Of a stretch of DNA of 52,862 bases, positions 18,816-29,108 are shown in pieces (the stretch's first letter is position 1; each line of letters opens with the position of its first letter). The notes under the pieces were generated by a model, which searched no databases, had not been told where the DNA came from, and worked only from the letters and a program-made list of their open reading frames with translations. Source of the stretch: a virus (Duplodnaviria > Caudoviricetes); IMG/VR virus record IMGVR_UViG_3300008012_000037, positions 1 through 52,862 of that record; one strand, given 5' to 3'. A program made the translations under genes and the position numbers.

Positions 18816-19796
18816 ATGGCTACATTGGCTGAAATAAGAGCGAAGTTAAAATCTCAAGAAGTGAATCGCTCCACTTCAAACACAGGCGGCGACAACGCCA
18901 TTTATCCACATTGGAACATACAGGAAGGACAAGAAGCAGTTATTAGATTCTTGCCAGACAAGGACACTGCTAATACCTTTTTCTGGACTGAAAGAGCAAT
19001 GATCAAATTACCGTTTGCGGGTATAAAAGGTCAGGCAGATTCAAGACCAGTTCAGGTACAAGTACCTTGTATGGAGATGTATGGCAAAACCTGTCCAGTA
19101 CTGACGGAAGTCAGACCTTGGTTCAAAGACAAATCAATGGAAGACATGGGCAGAAAATATTGGAAGAAAAAATCTTACATCTTCCAAGGATTTGTTGTAC
19201 AAAATCCATTAGCGGAAGAAACAACTCCTGAAAATCCAATTAGAAGATTTATAATTGGTCCTCAGATCTTTAATATTATCAGAGCGGCATTACTTGATCC
19301 AGAAATGGAAGAACTGCCAACTGATAGCGTAAGAGGAGTAGATTTCAGAATAACTAAAACTTCAAAAGGTGGTTATGCTGACTATTCAACTTCTAAATGG
19401 TCAAGAAGAGAAAGAGCATTGGACGAGGCAGAGAGAGCCGCGATCGATACTCACGGATTGCACAATCTAAGTGACTTCAGACCAAAAGAGCCAACCGAAG
19501 CAGAGGTAAAAATAATCAAAGAATTATTTGAACAATCTGTGGAAGGAGAGGCATATGATCTGGACAAATACGGGCAATACTTTAGACCAGCGGGTGTAAG
19601 TTACAATGCTAATCAGGTGCAGACACCAAAAGTAGAAACACCAGCACCAACTGAAGCAAAGGCTGAACCTGTGGTAGCAGAAGCGAAAGAAACAGCACCT
19701 GCTCCAGAAAGTAAACCCGAAACTGCTCCAGCAGGCGATAGTGCCAAAAGAGCAGAGGACATCTTGAAACTTATCAGATCAAGACAAGCAAAATAA
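18816..19796 (+). CDS. Single-stranded DNA-binding protein (gp32-like)
   Basis: AVIRFLP, CMEMYGKTCPV, GVDFRITK, YADYSTSKW; Pro/Ala/Glu linker; AGGAGG SD; adjacent to uvsX. Confidence 0.88.
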   Translation: MATLAEIRAKLKSQEVNRSTSNTGGDNAIYPHWNIQEGQEAVIRFLPDKDTANTFFWTERAMIKLPFAGIKGQADSRPVQVQVPCMEMYGKTCPVLTEVRPWFKDKSMEDMGRKYWKKKSYIFQGFVVQNPLAEETTPENPIRRFIIGPQIFNIIRAALLDPEMEELPTDSVRGVDFRITKTSKGGYADYSTSKWSRRERALDEAERAAIDTHGLHNLSDFRPKEPTEAEVKIIKELFEQSVEGEAYDLDKYGQYFRPAGVSYNANQVQTPKVETPAPTEAKAEPVVAEAKETAPAPESKPETAPAGDSAKRAEDILKLIRSRQAK

Positions 19797-19826
19797 ACCC
19801 CTTAACTTACCAAGTGACTATATTGA

Positions 19827-19855
19827 TTGACAGTATAGTCACAAGGTAGTAATAT
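19827..19855 (+). promoter_or_regulatory. Sigma70-like promoter of uvsX
   Basis: TTGACA-17 bp-TAATAT, with the ATG 6 nt downstream. Confidence 0.7.
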
Positions 19856-19861
19856 AACACT

Positions 19862-20941
19862 ATGACAAAACCATTTGATATAACAAAATTTAGAAAAAAC
19901 ATTACAAAATCAATACAAGGTCTAGGAATTGGGTTCAGTGATCCCACAGACTGGATCTCAACAGGAAATTACGCACTCAACTACTTGATTTCTGGAGATT
20001 TCAACAAAGGTATACCTCTAGGAAAAGTTTCCGTACTTGCGGGAGAGTCGGGTGCTGGTAAGAGTTACATAGCATCAGGAAACATAATCAAGAACGCACA
20101 GGAACAAGGCATCTATGTAATCTTGATAGATTCTGAAAACGCACTAGATGAAACTTGGTTACAGGCATTGGGTGTTGACACAGATGAAAAAAAATTACTC
20201 AAATTAAGTCTATCCATGATCGACGACGTGGCCAAGACAGTTTCAGAATTTATGAAATCCTACAAAGAGGAAAATGCTGACAATAGAGAAGGTGCACCAA
20301 AAGTACTATTCGTAATAGATTCTCTAGGAATGTTGCTTACTCCTACAGATGTTGATCAGTTTGAGAAAGGTGAAATGAAGGGCGACTTGGGTAGAAAACC
20401 AAAGGCTCTTACAGCACTCGTAAGAAACTGTGTTAATATGTTTGGAAGTTGGAATGTTGGTTTGGTAGCAACCAACCATACCTACGCATCACAGGATATG
20501 TTTGATCCAGACGACAAGATATCGGGCGGTCAGGGATTCATTTACGCAAGTTCTATTGTGATAGCGATGAAAAAATTAAAACTAAAAGAAGACGAAAAAG
20601 GTAACAAGGTGACAGATGTTAGGGGTATAAGAGCGGCCTGTAAGGTCATGAAGACTCGTTATGCCAAACCATTCGAAAGTGTACAGGTAAAAATTCCATA
20701 TGACACAGGAATGGATCCATATTCTGGCTTGATTGACTTGTTTGAGAAAAAAGGTTTACTAAAACAAACTGGTAATCGTCTCAAGTATGTTGATTCAAAA
20801 GGAAAAGAAATCATAGAGTTCCGAAAAAACTGGACTGGTGATAAATTAACTACAATTATGGAAGATTTTAACAACACAATCGACCATAATGCAGTTGAAC
20901 CAGAACAGGAGACAGCAGAGGATGAACGAAATGACTCATGA
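19862..20941 (+). CDS. uvsX: RecA-like recombinase
   Basis: ISTGNYALNYLISG, AGESGAGKS, IDSENA, VIDSLG, NHTY, SGGQG..YASS. Confidence 0.95.
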   Translation: MTKPFDITKFRKNITKSIQGLGIGFSDPTDWISTGNYALNYLISGDFNKGIPLGKVSVLAGESGAGKSYIASGNIIKNAQEQGIYVILIDSENALDETWLQALGVDTDEKKLLKLSLSMIDDVAKTVSEFMKSYKEENADNREGAPKVLFVIDSLGMLLTPTDVDQFEKGEMKGDLGRKPKALTALVRNCVNMFGSWNVGLVATNHTYASQDMFDPDDKISGGQGFIYASSIVIAMKKLKLKEDEKGNKVTDVRGIRAACKVMKTRYAKPFESVQVKIPYDTGMDPYSGLIDLFEKKGLLKQTGNRLKYVDSKGKEIIEFRKNWTGDKLTTIMEDFNNTIDHNAVEPEQETAEDERNDS

Positions 20942-21146
20942 GCAGATTGAAGAACTGTGGACCACAGTTTCTAACTATCTTCCGGATAGAGCCAAAATAG
21001 ACTGTGCCGTTGATTTCGTTAAAACGCTTTTTGACCAAGGTGTTGAGGTAAGTGAATTAAAGGCCGCAGGAGAATACGACGATAAGTTAGAACAAGCAAT
21101 AGAAACAGTTCTTGATGATGTTGAAGAAGAAGATTATGAGGAATAA
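20922..21146 (+). CDS. Small acidic hypothetical protein
   Basis: ATG at 20922 (alternative 20931); coupled between uvsX and uvsY. Confidence 0.7.
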   Translation: MNEMTHEQIEELWTTVSNYLPDRAKIDCAVDFVKTLFDQGVEVSELKAAGEYDDKLEQAIETVLDDVEEEDYEE

Positions 21147-21604
21147 TGAGTTGGTATTCAGAAGTAAGTAAAGATATCTCAAAGATACCAGAATGCATAC
21201 AGCATTTCAATAATGAACTTTTACAGGCAAAAAACGAAGTAAGAATTTTTGGCAATCTAGAAAAAGCGTCAGCATCTATGCCGGGAATTGTGGAGCAAAG
21301 ATTCAACCAACTGCAGGAAATTGAAGCAATATTGGAATACCTAAATATTGAAAAAAGAAGATTGAGATCGTCAACATTCAAAAAATTTTTAGAAAACTAT
21401 CAAAGAGCTCTATCAAGCCGTGACGTGGAAAAATATGTGGATGGTGAATCCGATGTTGTAGACATGGAAAAAATAGTAAATGAATTTGCTCTTGTTCGTA
21501 ACAAATGGTTAGGTGTTCTAAAAGGTCTTGATCAAAAACAATGGCAACTTACCAATATTGTCAAACTAAGAGTGGCAGGTATGGAAGATGCCTCAATCAA
21601 ATAG
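21146..21604 (+). CDS. uvsY: Recombination mediator (UvsY-like)
   Basis: Helical; DVEKYVDGE and WQLTNIVKLR resemble the UvsY C-terminus; synteny with uvsX. Confidence 0.7.
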   Translation: MSWYSEVSKDISKIPECIQHFNNELLQAKNEVRIFGNLEKASASMPGIVEQRFNQLQEIEAILEYLNIEKRRLRSSTFKKFLENYQRALSSRDVEKYVDGESDVVDMEKIVNEFALVRNKWLGVLKGLDQKQWQLTNIVKLRVAGMEDASIK

Positions 21605-22214
21605 AATCATATTAACCGACGTAGATGGCGTCTTACTAGAATGGGAGAACCATTTTACGAAATGGATGTTACAAAAATCATATTTTGATGAACATGGTAA
21701 CAGATACTTCCCCCATAAGTTAATACCAGATCAACAGAACAAATACGAAATGGCCGAAAGATTTGGCGTCACAAAAGATGAAATTAGAAAACATATACGA
21801 GAGTTCAACAGGAGTGCTTGGATGGGCACACAGAGGCCGATGCTTGAATCACAGACGTGGGTCAAACTGTTGGCCGCGGAAGGTTGGACATTCATACCAA
21901 TAACATCTCAGACTTCTGACATACCCGCCCAGCAACTGCGTAAGAGAAGACTAGGTGAATTATACGGAGACAAAATTTTCACAAATTATCTTATATTAGG
22001 AACTGGAGCAGACAAAGACAGTGCATTAGCCGAATTCCATGGAACCGGACTGTATTGGGTCGAGGACAAGCCTCATAACGCATTAGCCGGGCTCAAATAC
22101 GGTTTAAAGCCTATATTAATCGACCATGCATACAATCGAGACTTTGAACATCCGGAGGTTTTACGAGTAAATAATTGGAAAGATATACATCAGATACTAT
22201 CGGGAAAAAAATGA
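21588..22214 (+). CDS. HAD-family 5'(3')-nucleotidase-like protein
   Basis: ILTDVDGVL motif I, ITS motif II, WVEDKPHN motif IV, HAYN. Confidence 0.85.
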   Translation: MPQSNRIILTDVDGVLLEWENHFTKWMLQKSYFDEHGNRYFPHKLIPDQQNKYEMAERFGVTKDEIRKHIREFNRSAWMGTQRPMLESQTWVKLLAAEGWTFIPITSQTSDIPAQQLRKRRLGELYGDKIFTNYLILGTGADKDSALAEFHGTGLYWVEDKPHNALAGLKYGLKPILIDHAYNRDFEHPEVLRVNNWKDIHQILSGKK

Positions 22215-22885
22215 AAGTTTACGTTGGTTGGGACAGCAGAGAAGATATCGCTTACCAGGTCTGTGAACACAGCATCAAGCGGAGAGATCCCGGAGCAGAA
22301 GTAATTCCTTTGAAGCAAAAAGAAATGCGTGAGTCGGGTCTATATAGGCGTGACATAGATAAACTCGCATCGACTGAATTTACTTTCACAAGATTTTTTA
22401 TACCATTTCTACAAGATTACAAAGGATGGGCAGTGTTCTGTGATTGCGATTTTGTTTGGAAAGTGCCGGCAAAAGAATTAGAAAAATATTGTGATGAATC
22501 AAAAGCCGTGGTTTGCGTACAACACGATTATACACCGCAAGAAGGAACCAAAATGGATGGACAAATACAGACAGTTTATCCTAGAAAAAATTGGAGTTCC
22601 ATGGTATTATGGAATTGTGGTCATGAAAAAAACAAACTACTTACACCAGATCTTATTAACAAAGAATCGGGTGCCTTTTTACATAGATTCCAATGGTTAG
22701 AAGACAAAGACATAGGATCATTACCTCATCATTACAATTGGTTAGTAGGATGGTATAAAGAACCAAAAGACGGACAGCCTAAAATATTACATTACACAGA
22801 AGGCGGACCTTGGTTTGAGGGTTATAGAGATTGCGAGTACGCTGATGATTGGAAAAAAGAAGTAATAAATCTTTTTTCGGCATGA
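22211..22885 (+). CDS. Glycosyltransferase (GT-A fold)
   Basis: VYVGWDSRE, STEFTFTRF, DCD (DxD), YPRKNWSS, LHYTEGGPW. Confidence 0.85.
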   Translation: MKVYVGWDSREDIAYQVCEHSIKRRDPGAEVIPLKQKEMRESGLYRRDIDKLASTEFTFTRFFIPFLQDYKGWAVFCDCDFVWKVPAKELEKYCDESKAVVCVQHDYTPQEGTKMDGQIQTVYPRKNWSSMVLWNCGHEKNKLLTPDLINKESGAFLHRFQWLEDKDIGSLPHHYNWLVGWYKEPKDGQPKILHYTEGGPWFEGYRDCEYADDWKKEVINLFSA

Positions 22886-23349
22886 TAACTGAAAAAATAA
22901 AAAATCACACTATTAAAGAAAGTATTGGAAATTTAAAATTTTTTATAATTAGAAATTTTGTTGAACTAAAAACCTACGACAAAATTTATGAATGTTTTAA
23001 TAACACATCTCACAGACATTGGTCAGAAGTAAAAGAAAACAACAAATTTGTGCTGAAGGAACAATTTTGGCACCTTTCAGAAATAAATTCCGATTTTGAA
23101 GCAAACAAATGGACAGGCTATTGGTTTTTCAAACAACGTGGCGACAGAAGAGCAATCCAATATAAAGTGTTATCCCCGGATGGCGAATCAAATGCCTATC
23201 ATTATCACGGAAATGTATTATTGCTCATATCCCCCAATCAACACAATATAAAAATGCAAGACGTGGAAATTTCTATGCCGGTGACACCTGTTTGTAAAAT
23301 TGTTTTTGAAACCAACGAATCAAGAGCCCTTGATCGATTGTTTGAGTAG
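22882..23349 (+). CDS. Hypothetical protein
   Basis: ATGA coupling at 22882; no recognised motif. Confidence 0.6.
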   Translation: MITEKIKNHTIKESIGNLKFFIIRNFVELKTYDKIYECFNNTSHRHWSEVKENNKFVLKEQFWHLSEINSDFEANKWTGYWFFKQRGDRRAIQYKVLSPDGESNAYHYHGNVLLLISPNQHNIKMQDVEISMPVTPVCKIVFETNESRALDRLFE

Positions 23350-24060
23350 ATCGACGTCAGTTTTGAGATACCTATCTCTTACCATGGACCAAACAAAATC
23401 ATCTCGCTGATTTATATTAAGGTGTTTTCTAACGTTCACGGCGGTATCGTCAAAAATTTTTGATGCTTTACATATTACTCCTGGAAGAAATATACACCTA
23501 CCTATCTTTCTTGCTAATTTTTGAGTATAAGTGTCAACAAACCAATGCCAAAAAAACGGCGGTGCCAGCCATCCTAGGGTGTCAATCCATTTTCTGTGAA
23601 CAAAAAAATGTGGTGCTCCAAGTGGTTCATCACCAACATAAACGTATTTAGATTTTTGTGAAACAAATTTTTCTTTTCCTTTTTTACCATCCCAAGGCAC
23701 AACCATACATATCTTATCATCATGTAAATTGAACGTATTTTTAATTTCGGTGTCCCAATTTTCGGTTTTGAATTCAACATCATCGCCGGCCAGCATGACA
23801 ATATGTCCAACTGATTTGTAAGCCATTTGATTCCAACTGTAAGCAGTGGACTGGTTTGGCCCTACAATATAATTCTTCTTATCTAATATCTTTTTGTATT
23901 CTTCTAACTTGGGATCGTCATCGTTCAGATAGAACAAAAATTCTATACTATTAGAATTTGATGACTTTTTTATTGCCGAATCAACGAACCTCTTGGCCAA
24001 CTCGGGCCTGCCACGAGAAGGTAGACATAAAGATATATCTATATCAGTTTGTTTTTCCAT
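23320..24060 (-). CDS. Glycosyltransferase family 2-like
   Basis: SLCLPSRGRP, DDDP, MLAGDDV, HWFVDT. Confidence 0.8.
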   Translation of the reverse strand: MEKQTDIDISLCLPSRGRPELAKRFVDSAIKKSSNSNSIEFLFYLNDDDPKLEEYKKILDKKNYIVGPNQSTAYSWNQMAYKSVGHIVMLAGDDVEFKTENWDTEIKNTFNLHDDKICMVVPWDGKKGKEKFVSQKSKYVYVGDEPLGAPHFFVHRKWIDTLGWLAPPFFWHWFVDTYTQKLARKIGRCIFLPGVICKASKIFDDTAVNVRKHLNINQRDDFVWSMVRDRYLKTDVDLLKQSIKGS

Positions 24061-25043
24061 GTGTCCGGGGTGTGCTCGTTTATAATTTCTAAGGGTAAAT
24101 GATATTGGAATTTTTTAGTTCCTTTTAATCTAATATAGTCTGCTGTCTTTTTCACAGCCTGCCTCATATTTGTTGATGTTTTGTATCCCAACAACTCTCT
24201 CGCTTTGTCTGACGAACAGGTAGCCATTTTTACCTCTTGTGGTCTATCTTTGTGGTGTATAGGATCAAGATTTACTCCTGTCTCGTTAGCACAGGCTTCG
24301 GCTAATTCTTTGATTGTTACTGGTTCTTCGTCTGGTCCTATGTTGATAACTTGGCCGACTACATTATCTTGGAATGCCAGAGCATTGAGACAAAATAAAC
24401 AATCGTCAATGTAACTGAAACATCTTTGCTGTTTTCCGTCACCATATATGATAGGTTGTTTTCCTTGTAACATTCTGTTCAACATGATAGACATCACATT
24501 TCTAAATGGATCATCGTACTTTTGCCTAGGACCAACAATGTTGTGTGGTACCGCAATCACATATTCAATGTCATGTGTTTCACACAGTATTCGTAAAACA
24601 TCTTCTCCGGCTTTTTTTGCTATTCCATAAGGATCCTGAGGACGGCATTCGTAATCTTCTTTGTAAGGTAGAATGTCGTGGTGTCCGTATCTTGCCATGC
24701 TAGAACAATAAACAATTCTCTTTACGTTGTTACGTACAGCGGCAGTTATAGTAGTAACTGATGCTTCAAATATATTTCTCGTTATCATTACTGGCGAAAA
24801 GACGGACAGTCCTTCGTGGGCAGTTGCGGCAGTGTGATATACAATGTCGCACCCTTTCATGGCTTTGGTCATATTTTCGAGGTCGCAACAATCCACTTGA
24901 TGAAATTCAACATCCTGTGGAACATTATCAAAAGAACCACCTATCATGTTATCATTACCTGCTACAGTGTGGCCATTTGCTATCATTAGATCGGCAAGAT
25001 GAGATCCTAAAAATCCAGCGACTCCAGTTATGAATATTTTCAT
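24039..25043 (-). CDS. NAD-dependent nucleotide-sugar epimerase/dehydratase
   Basis: TGVAGFLGSH, SSMARYG, YGIAK (YxxxK), GDGKQQRCF. Confidence 0.93.
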   Translation of the reverse strand: MKIFITGVAGFLGSHLADLMIANGHTVAGNDNMIGGSFDNVPQDVEFHQVDCCDLENMTKAMKGCDIVYHTAATAHEGLSVFSPVMITRNIFEASVTTITAAVRNNVKRIVYCSSMARYGHHDILPYKEDYECRPQDPYGIAKKAGEDVLRILCETHDIEYVIAVPHNIVGPRQKYDDPFRNVMSIMLNRMLQGKQPIIYGDGKQQRCFSYIDDCLFCLNALAFQDNVVGQVINIGPDEEPVTIKELAEACANETGVNLDPIHHKDRPQEVKMATCSSDKARELLGYKTSTNMRQAVKKTADYIRLKGTKKFQYHLPLEIINEHTPDTWKNKLI

Positions 25044-25060
25044 CTTAGATATTTAAACAC

Positions 25061-25696
25061 TTAAACTTGGTAAAAAACTTTATCTGGCCAGTGATCTATC
25101 AAAACTCTAAAATTATGATCTTGTAAGAATTTTTCAACATCTTTGTTACTTGATCCATATTTTTTTGTATTGTTGTTCAGTTCTATCATGATGTACTTAA
25201 TATTGGATAGTGTGTTTTTACATCCTTCCAAAACTTTCATTTCATATCCTTCCACATCAATTTTCAATAGATCGATACTGTCAAAAGCAAAAGAATCTAA
25301 TGTTTTTACTTCGATCTTACCAGACTCTTCTAATATCCTTTTTGCCTGAGTAAAATTGTCTTGCGACAATGAAATTTTTTTTGGGGTATCACCAACGCAG
25401 GACTGATGTAATTCTACGTTAGAAAGATTAAATGTATTTTTTTCTAAACATTTAAAATGGAGTTTGTCTGGTTCGAACGCAATGATTTTTTTGGAAAAGG
25501 GTGCTAAACTCCTTGTCCACGTTCCACACCATGCACCTATGTCGACTACTAATTTAAATTTTTTATCTTGGGCCTTGCACCATTCTAAAAATTTATTCAA
25601 ACATTTGTTTTGTGTGAATGGTTTTCCTTCTTTCCATTCATTTAGGTGTACGTCATTTGCTGGCACCCAAAAATCATTTACTTTTTCTATATTCAT
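25061..25696 (-). CDS. FkbM-family methyltransferase
   Basis: VDIGAWCG, AFEP, LLKIDVEGYE. Confidence 0.9.
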   Translation of the reverse strand: MNIEKVNDFWVPANDVHLNEWKEGKPFTQNKCLNKFLEWCKAQDKKFKLVVDIGAWCGTWTRSLAPFSKKIIAFEPDKLHFKCLEKNTFNLSNVELHQSCVGDTPKKISLSQDNFTQAKRILEESGKIEVKTLDSFAFDSIDLLKIDVEGYEMKVLEGCKNTLSNIKYIMIELNNNTKKYGSSNKDVEKFLQDHNFRVLIDHWPDKVFYQV

Positions 25697-26505
25697 AATT
25701 GTTTAATTTCTTTCAACACCGACACTGCTGTTCCATTTAAAAATTCTTCCGGAGTGAACTGTTGATAGCAAAGACTGGCATACCAATCTAATGGATCTTG
25801 CCAACTTGGAGATTCAATATTTTTCAAATTTGTATTTGCAATAGGATAGGCAAAACTTTTGATATCACAAAATACAGGTATACCTTGAGTAATTGATTCC
25901 ACAGCACTGATTGAACAACTCGTAACACAGGCCCAGGCATCTCGGAGGTCTTCTTCGATAGGAACATCAGCAACACCCGGTCCACTTGTTCCGTTTTTTC
26001 TGGGTTTCGATCTCACTTTTATAGGCCTATCGGTGTATTTCTGTAATTCATTAATTGTTTCATTCAACCAATTCGAACGTCCCAGGTACAGATTAATACT
26101 AGCACTACTCGGACAAACTAAAATATGTTTTCCGTTTTTCCTAAGTTCTTTTGGTAGGATTTGAAATTTTTGAAATCTATCTAATTTACAGTTTTTGATG
26201 TACGAAGCGTGTATATTATTTTTACATATCCTCCAATAGTGATTGTCTTTTTTAAGATTATTATTATCAAATCTTCCAAAGTATGGAGTGTCTGTGAACC
26301 AATATTCATGTCCTCTTGCTTCTGATTTCTTAACCATTTCAAGATTATTATTAACAAAACCCCAAAACATAGAATATGAATTTGGTTCTGTTTCTGTTGC
26401 GTTATCCAGAACAACCATTTCGTCTGGCCAAGTTTCACGTATGCCCTCGAACACTTCCCACGCCTTGCTTTTTTCGTTATTAAATGGTGAGTAAATTGTT
26501 AGCAT
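25693..26505 (-). CDS. KpsS/KpsC-like (capsule synthesis family) glycosyltransferase
   Basis: RSKPR, CVTSCS...ESITQGIPVF, LCYQQFT.EE; paralogous to three nearby ORFs. Confidence 0.6.
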   Translation of the reverse strand: MLTIYSPFNNEKSKAWEVFEGIRETWPDEMVVLDNATETEPNSYSMFWGFVNNNLEMVKKSEARGHEYWFTDTPYFGRFDNNNLKKDNHYWRICKNNIHASYIKNCKLDRFQKFQILPKELRKNGKHILVCPSSASINLYLGRSNWLNETINELQKYTDRPIKVRSKPRKNGTSGPGVADVPIEEDLRDAWACVTSCSISAVESITQGIPVFCDIKSFAYPIANTNLKNIESPSWQDPLDWYASLCYQQFTPEEFLNGTAVSVLKEIKQL

Positions 26506-27172
26506 CTATAAATTCTTTCAACATATTGGCCCACTCCTCATGTCCTTGTGTACTCGGATGTGGGTCTTCTTTGTTTGCTATAAGATCTTTTTCTATAATG
26601 TAATCTAGATGTGACTTTCCAAAATGAAAAAATCTTTTTTGATTTACTGCATTCGTCAAAAATCTTACGTCCGCTGTTGTTATCTCAGGATCAGAAATAG
26701 TCTTGAAAAAAATGTAAGGATATTTTTTCACCTGCAGATAATTTTGTAAACTTACAATGTTTTCAAGAGATTCAATCTGTATCAGTTGATTGAGATCCAT
26801 TCCCCGACTGAAAAGTTCTTTAAAAAAAATTTGTTCTGTTTCTCCTGACTGAGGCTTGAAAGTTTTCCAGGTTGTTTCAAGGCTTGGAAACTTTTGCTTT
26901 TTGTATCCGTCATTTGTTGGATAATCAAATCTTGTCCCCGAACTAAATCCAATTACAAAAAAAGTATTACTTGCTTTTTCTGGATATTTTTCACACCACA
27001 TTTTTGTGGTTACACTCACTCTTTTATTGCCTCTTCCTCCTCCTGCTAGATTATCCACTATAGGCAATCCTAACGAATTGGAAAGTTCGAGACCGGAGTA
27101 TGTATCCACGTTATCTTTGGGTCTTTTTGTGAGAAAACTATCACCATTAATGAAAATTTTAGAAATTGTCAT
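26480..27172 (-). CDS. SGNH/GDSL-like hydrolase or acyltransferase
   Basis: NGDSF, NLAGGG.GN, DPHP...GH. Confidence 0.65.
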   Translation of the reverse strand: MTISKIFINGDSFLTKRPKDNVDTYSGLELSNSLGLPIVDNLAGGGRGNKRVSVTTKMWCEKYPEKASNTFFVIGFSSGTRFDYPTNDGYKKQKFPSLETTWKTFKPQSGETEQIFFKELFSRGMDLNQLIQIESLENIVSLQNYLQVKKYPYIFFKTISDPEITTADVRFLTNAVNQKRFFHFGKSHLDYIIEKDLIANKEDPHPSTQGHEEWANMLKEFIDANNLLTI

Positions 27173-27210
27173 GACAACTATTTAATAATTATATTATAAT
27201 ATAACTAATC

Positions 27211-28290
27211 ATGATTGTAAAGCCAGTAACAAATATAGAATTTTACACAAACACCTGTGAACTTATAGATCAATCTTACACCTATCAGTGCGAGTGGCAC
27301 GAAAAGCAAAAACAGAAAAAATTTACCAGCAATCCAACTTTTGTTGGAGCATTTAGAAATGTAACTGCTCACAGTCTACCATTTTTACTTACCGACAACA
27401 ATCTTTTACTTTCAGATCACGTCTGGCCTCTTTTATGGAAACACAAACATAAACCACACAAAACACATAAGTTATGGACTCAGTGGAACGACAAATTAGA
27501 AATCAATTCTCCAAAAATTACAAAAAAATTCAGTGAGAAAAACCAGTATGTGTGGATGCCTATCGACGAAGAAAGTTCAAACAACGCCTGGCACTTTTGG
27601 ATTGATATAATTTCACGTCTTAGGTTGTTACAGCATTCGGTCAGTGCCTTCAAGCCTGTTTTTGAATACGTGTTTGTGTTTCCTAATATGGGACCTTACA
27701 TGAAAAAGGCTTTAGGAGAAGCATTTCCCGAAATGAAATTTATTATTATGCCAAAGTACGAATATTGGCATTTTGAAGACCTGCTGGTACCAAGTATGAG
27801 TAATTGCGATGACGGAGTTATAACACCACACCTGGCACCATGGATCAACAAAAGATGGATGCCCAAAAGGAAAACTGCTAAAAGAAAAATTTTTATTTCC
27901 AGAGACGACGCACCGGCCAGGCAATTGACAAACTCGGAAGAACTGTTTATGGCACTTAAAGGCTGGGAAAAGGTAAATTTATCAAATATGACTTTGTTAG
28001 ACCAGATTGATCTTTTCAGCGAAGCCACCCATATCATGTCTACCCATGGAGCAGGATTAATAAACACATTATGGGCACCTAAAGATACAAAAGTGATAGA
28101 GATAACACAGAGCGAACTGATAAACAAAAAACCATATCCGATACTGAGTATGTTTCTCAGACACAAACATCATGTTATATTGGCAGACAAAGTTCCTATG
28201 ACAAATATTCATAAACCAAAAAATGTCAAAAGATTAAAAGATTACAATAATCTAAAAATCGATATTAACAAAGTGATAAAATTTTTATGA
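27211..28290 (+). CDS. Glycosyltransferase family 61 (DUF563)-like
   Basis: NAWHFW.D, KIFISR..A..R.L.N, QIDLFSEA..IMSTHGAGLIN, VIEI. Confidence 0.85.
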   Translation: MIVKPVTNIEFYTNTCELIDQSYTYQCEWHEKQKQKKFTSNPTFVGAFRNVTAHSLPFLLTDNNLLLSDHVWPLLWKHKHKPHKTHKLWTQWNDKLEINSPKITKKFSEKNQYVWMPIDEESSNNAWHFWIDIISRLRLLQHSVSAFKPVFEYVFVFPNMGPYMKKALGEAFPEMKFIIMPKYEYWHFEDLLVPSMSNCDDGVITPHLAPWINKRWMPKRKTAKRKIFISRDDAPARQLTNSEELFMALKGWEKVNLSNMTLLDQIDLFSEATHIMSTHGAGLINTLWAPKDTKVIEITQSELINKKPYPILSMFLRHKHHVILADKVPMTNIHKPKNVKRLKDYNNLKIDINKVIKFL

Positions 28291-29108
28291 TAGAAGTAGC
28301 AGGAATACACACAACCAAACCCAGGACGCAGAGATATGTTGATGCATTTGTGAAAGGCACGCCGGGTAATCATAAAATATACGATTTTAAGAAGTTAAAA
28401 GAGTTACCCAAAGAAACACTCGCTTTCTATGGCATATTAGCCGGATCAGGTGAAGTTTACAAATGGTGTCAAAAAGTAGGTAGAGATTTTTATTTCATGG
28501 ATCACGGTTATTTTTCAAATGCTCATGATAGTCCGCATTGGCTGAGGATAACAAAAAACGCACACACACAAACTACTTTGAAAAATGTCCCCTCTGATCG
28601 TTATGAAAAATATTTTAAGCGTGATATCAAACCATGGAACAAAAATGGAAAAGACATCTTGTTCTTGCCACCAACGATGGCTATTGAAAATTTTTTTGAT
28701 GCTGGTAACTGGATAACAGATACATTAAAAATACTAAACAACAGCACAGACAGGTATGTAGATGTGAGGGAAAAACCATACAATCCAGAGATCACAAAAG
28801 ATCGATTTGGTGCGACTGTAAAAATTGACAGACCGACCAACCACAAAGGACCGATCGACTGGAATAGATACCATGCCGTTGTAACTTTCAATAGCAATAC
28901 AATAGTGGAAGCATTACACAACGGTGTGCCAGTTTTTTGTGACCCCCGAGCAAGTGCGGCTTTGCCAATATCAGAAACAGATTTTTCAAAGATAGAAACG
29001 CCTAAATACGAGGAGAGGATGCCACTGTTTTCCAGTCTCGCATATTCCAACTTCAATATGCAAGAAATGTCAGATGGCACAGCATGGAGAATATTGAATG
29101 AAAGTTGA
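28287..29108 (+). CDS. KpsS/KpsC-like glycosyltransferase
   Basis: MDHGYF, REKP, AVVTFNS...EALHNGVPVF, LAYSNF..QE. Confidence 0.6.
   Translation: MIEVAGIHTTKPRTQRYVDAFVKGTPGNHKIYDFKKLKELPKETLAFYGILAGSGEVYKWCQKVGRDFYFMDHGYFSNAHDSPHWLRITKNAHTQTTLKNVPSDRYEKYFKRDIKPWNKNGKDILFLPPTMAIENFFDAGNWITDTLKILNNSTDRYVDVREKPYNPEITKDRFGATVKIDRPTNHKGPIDWNRYHAVVTFNSNTIVEALHNGVPVFCDPRASAALPISETDFSKIETPKYEERMPLFSSLAYSNFNMQEMSDGTAWRILNES

Noticed and set aside
19620-19740. Repetitive CCAGCA/GAAAC sequence near the end of ssb
   Set aside because: Explained by a low-complexity Pro/Ala/Glu/Thr protein linker
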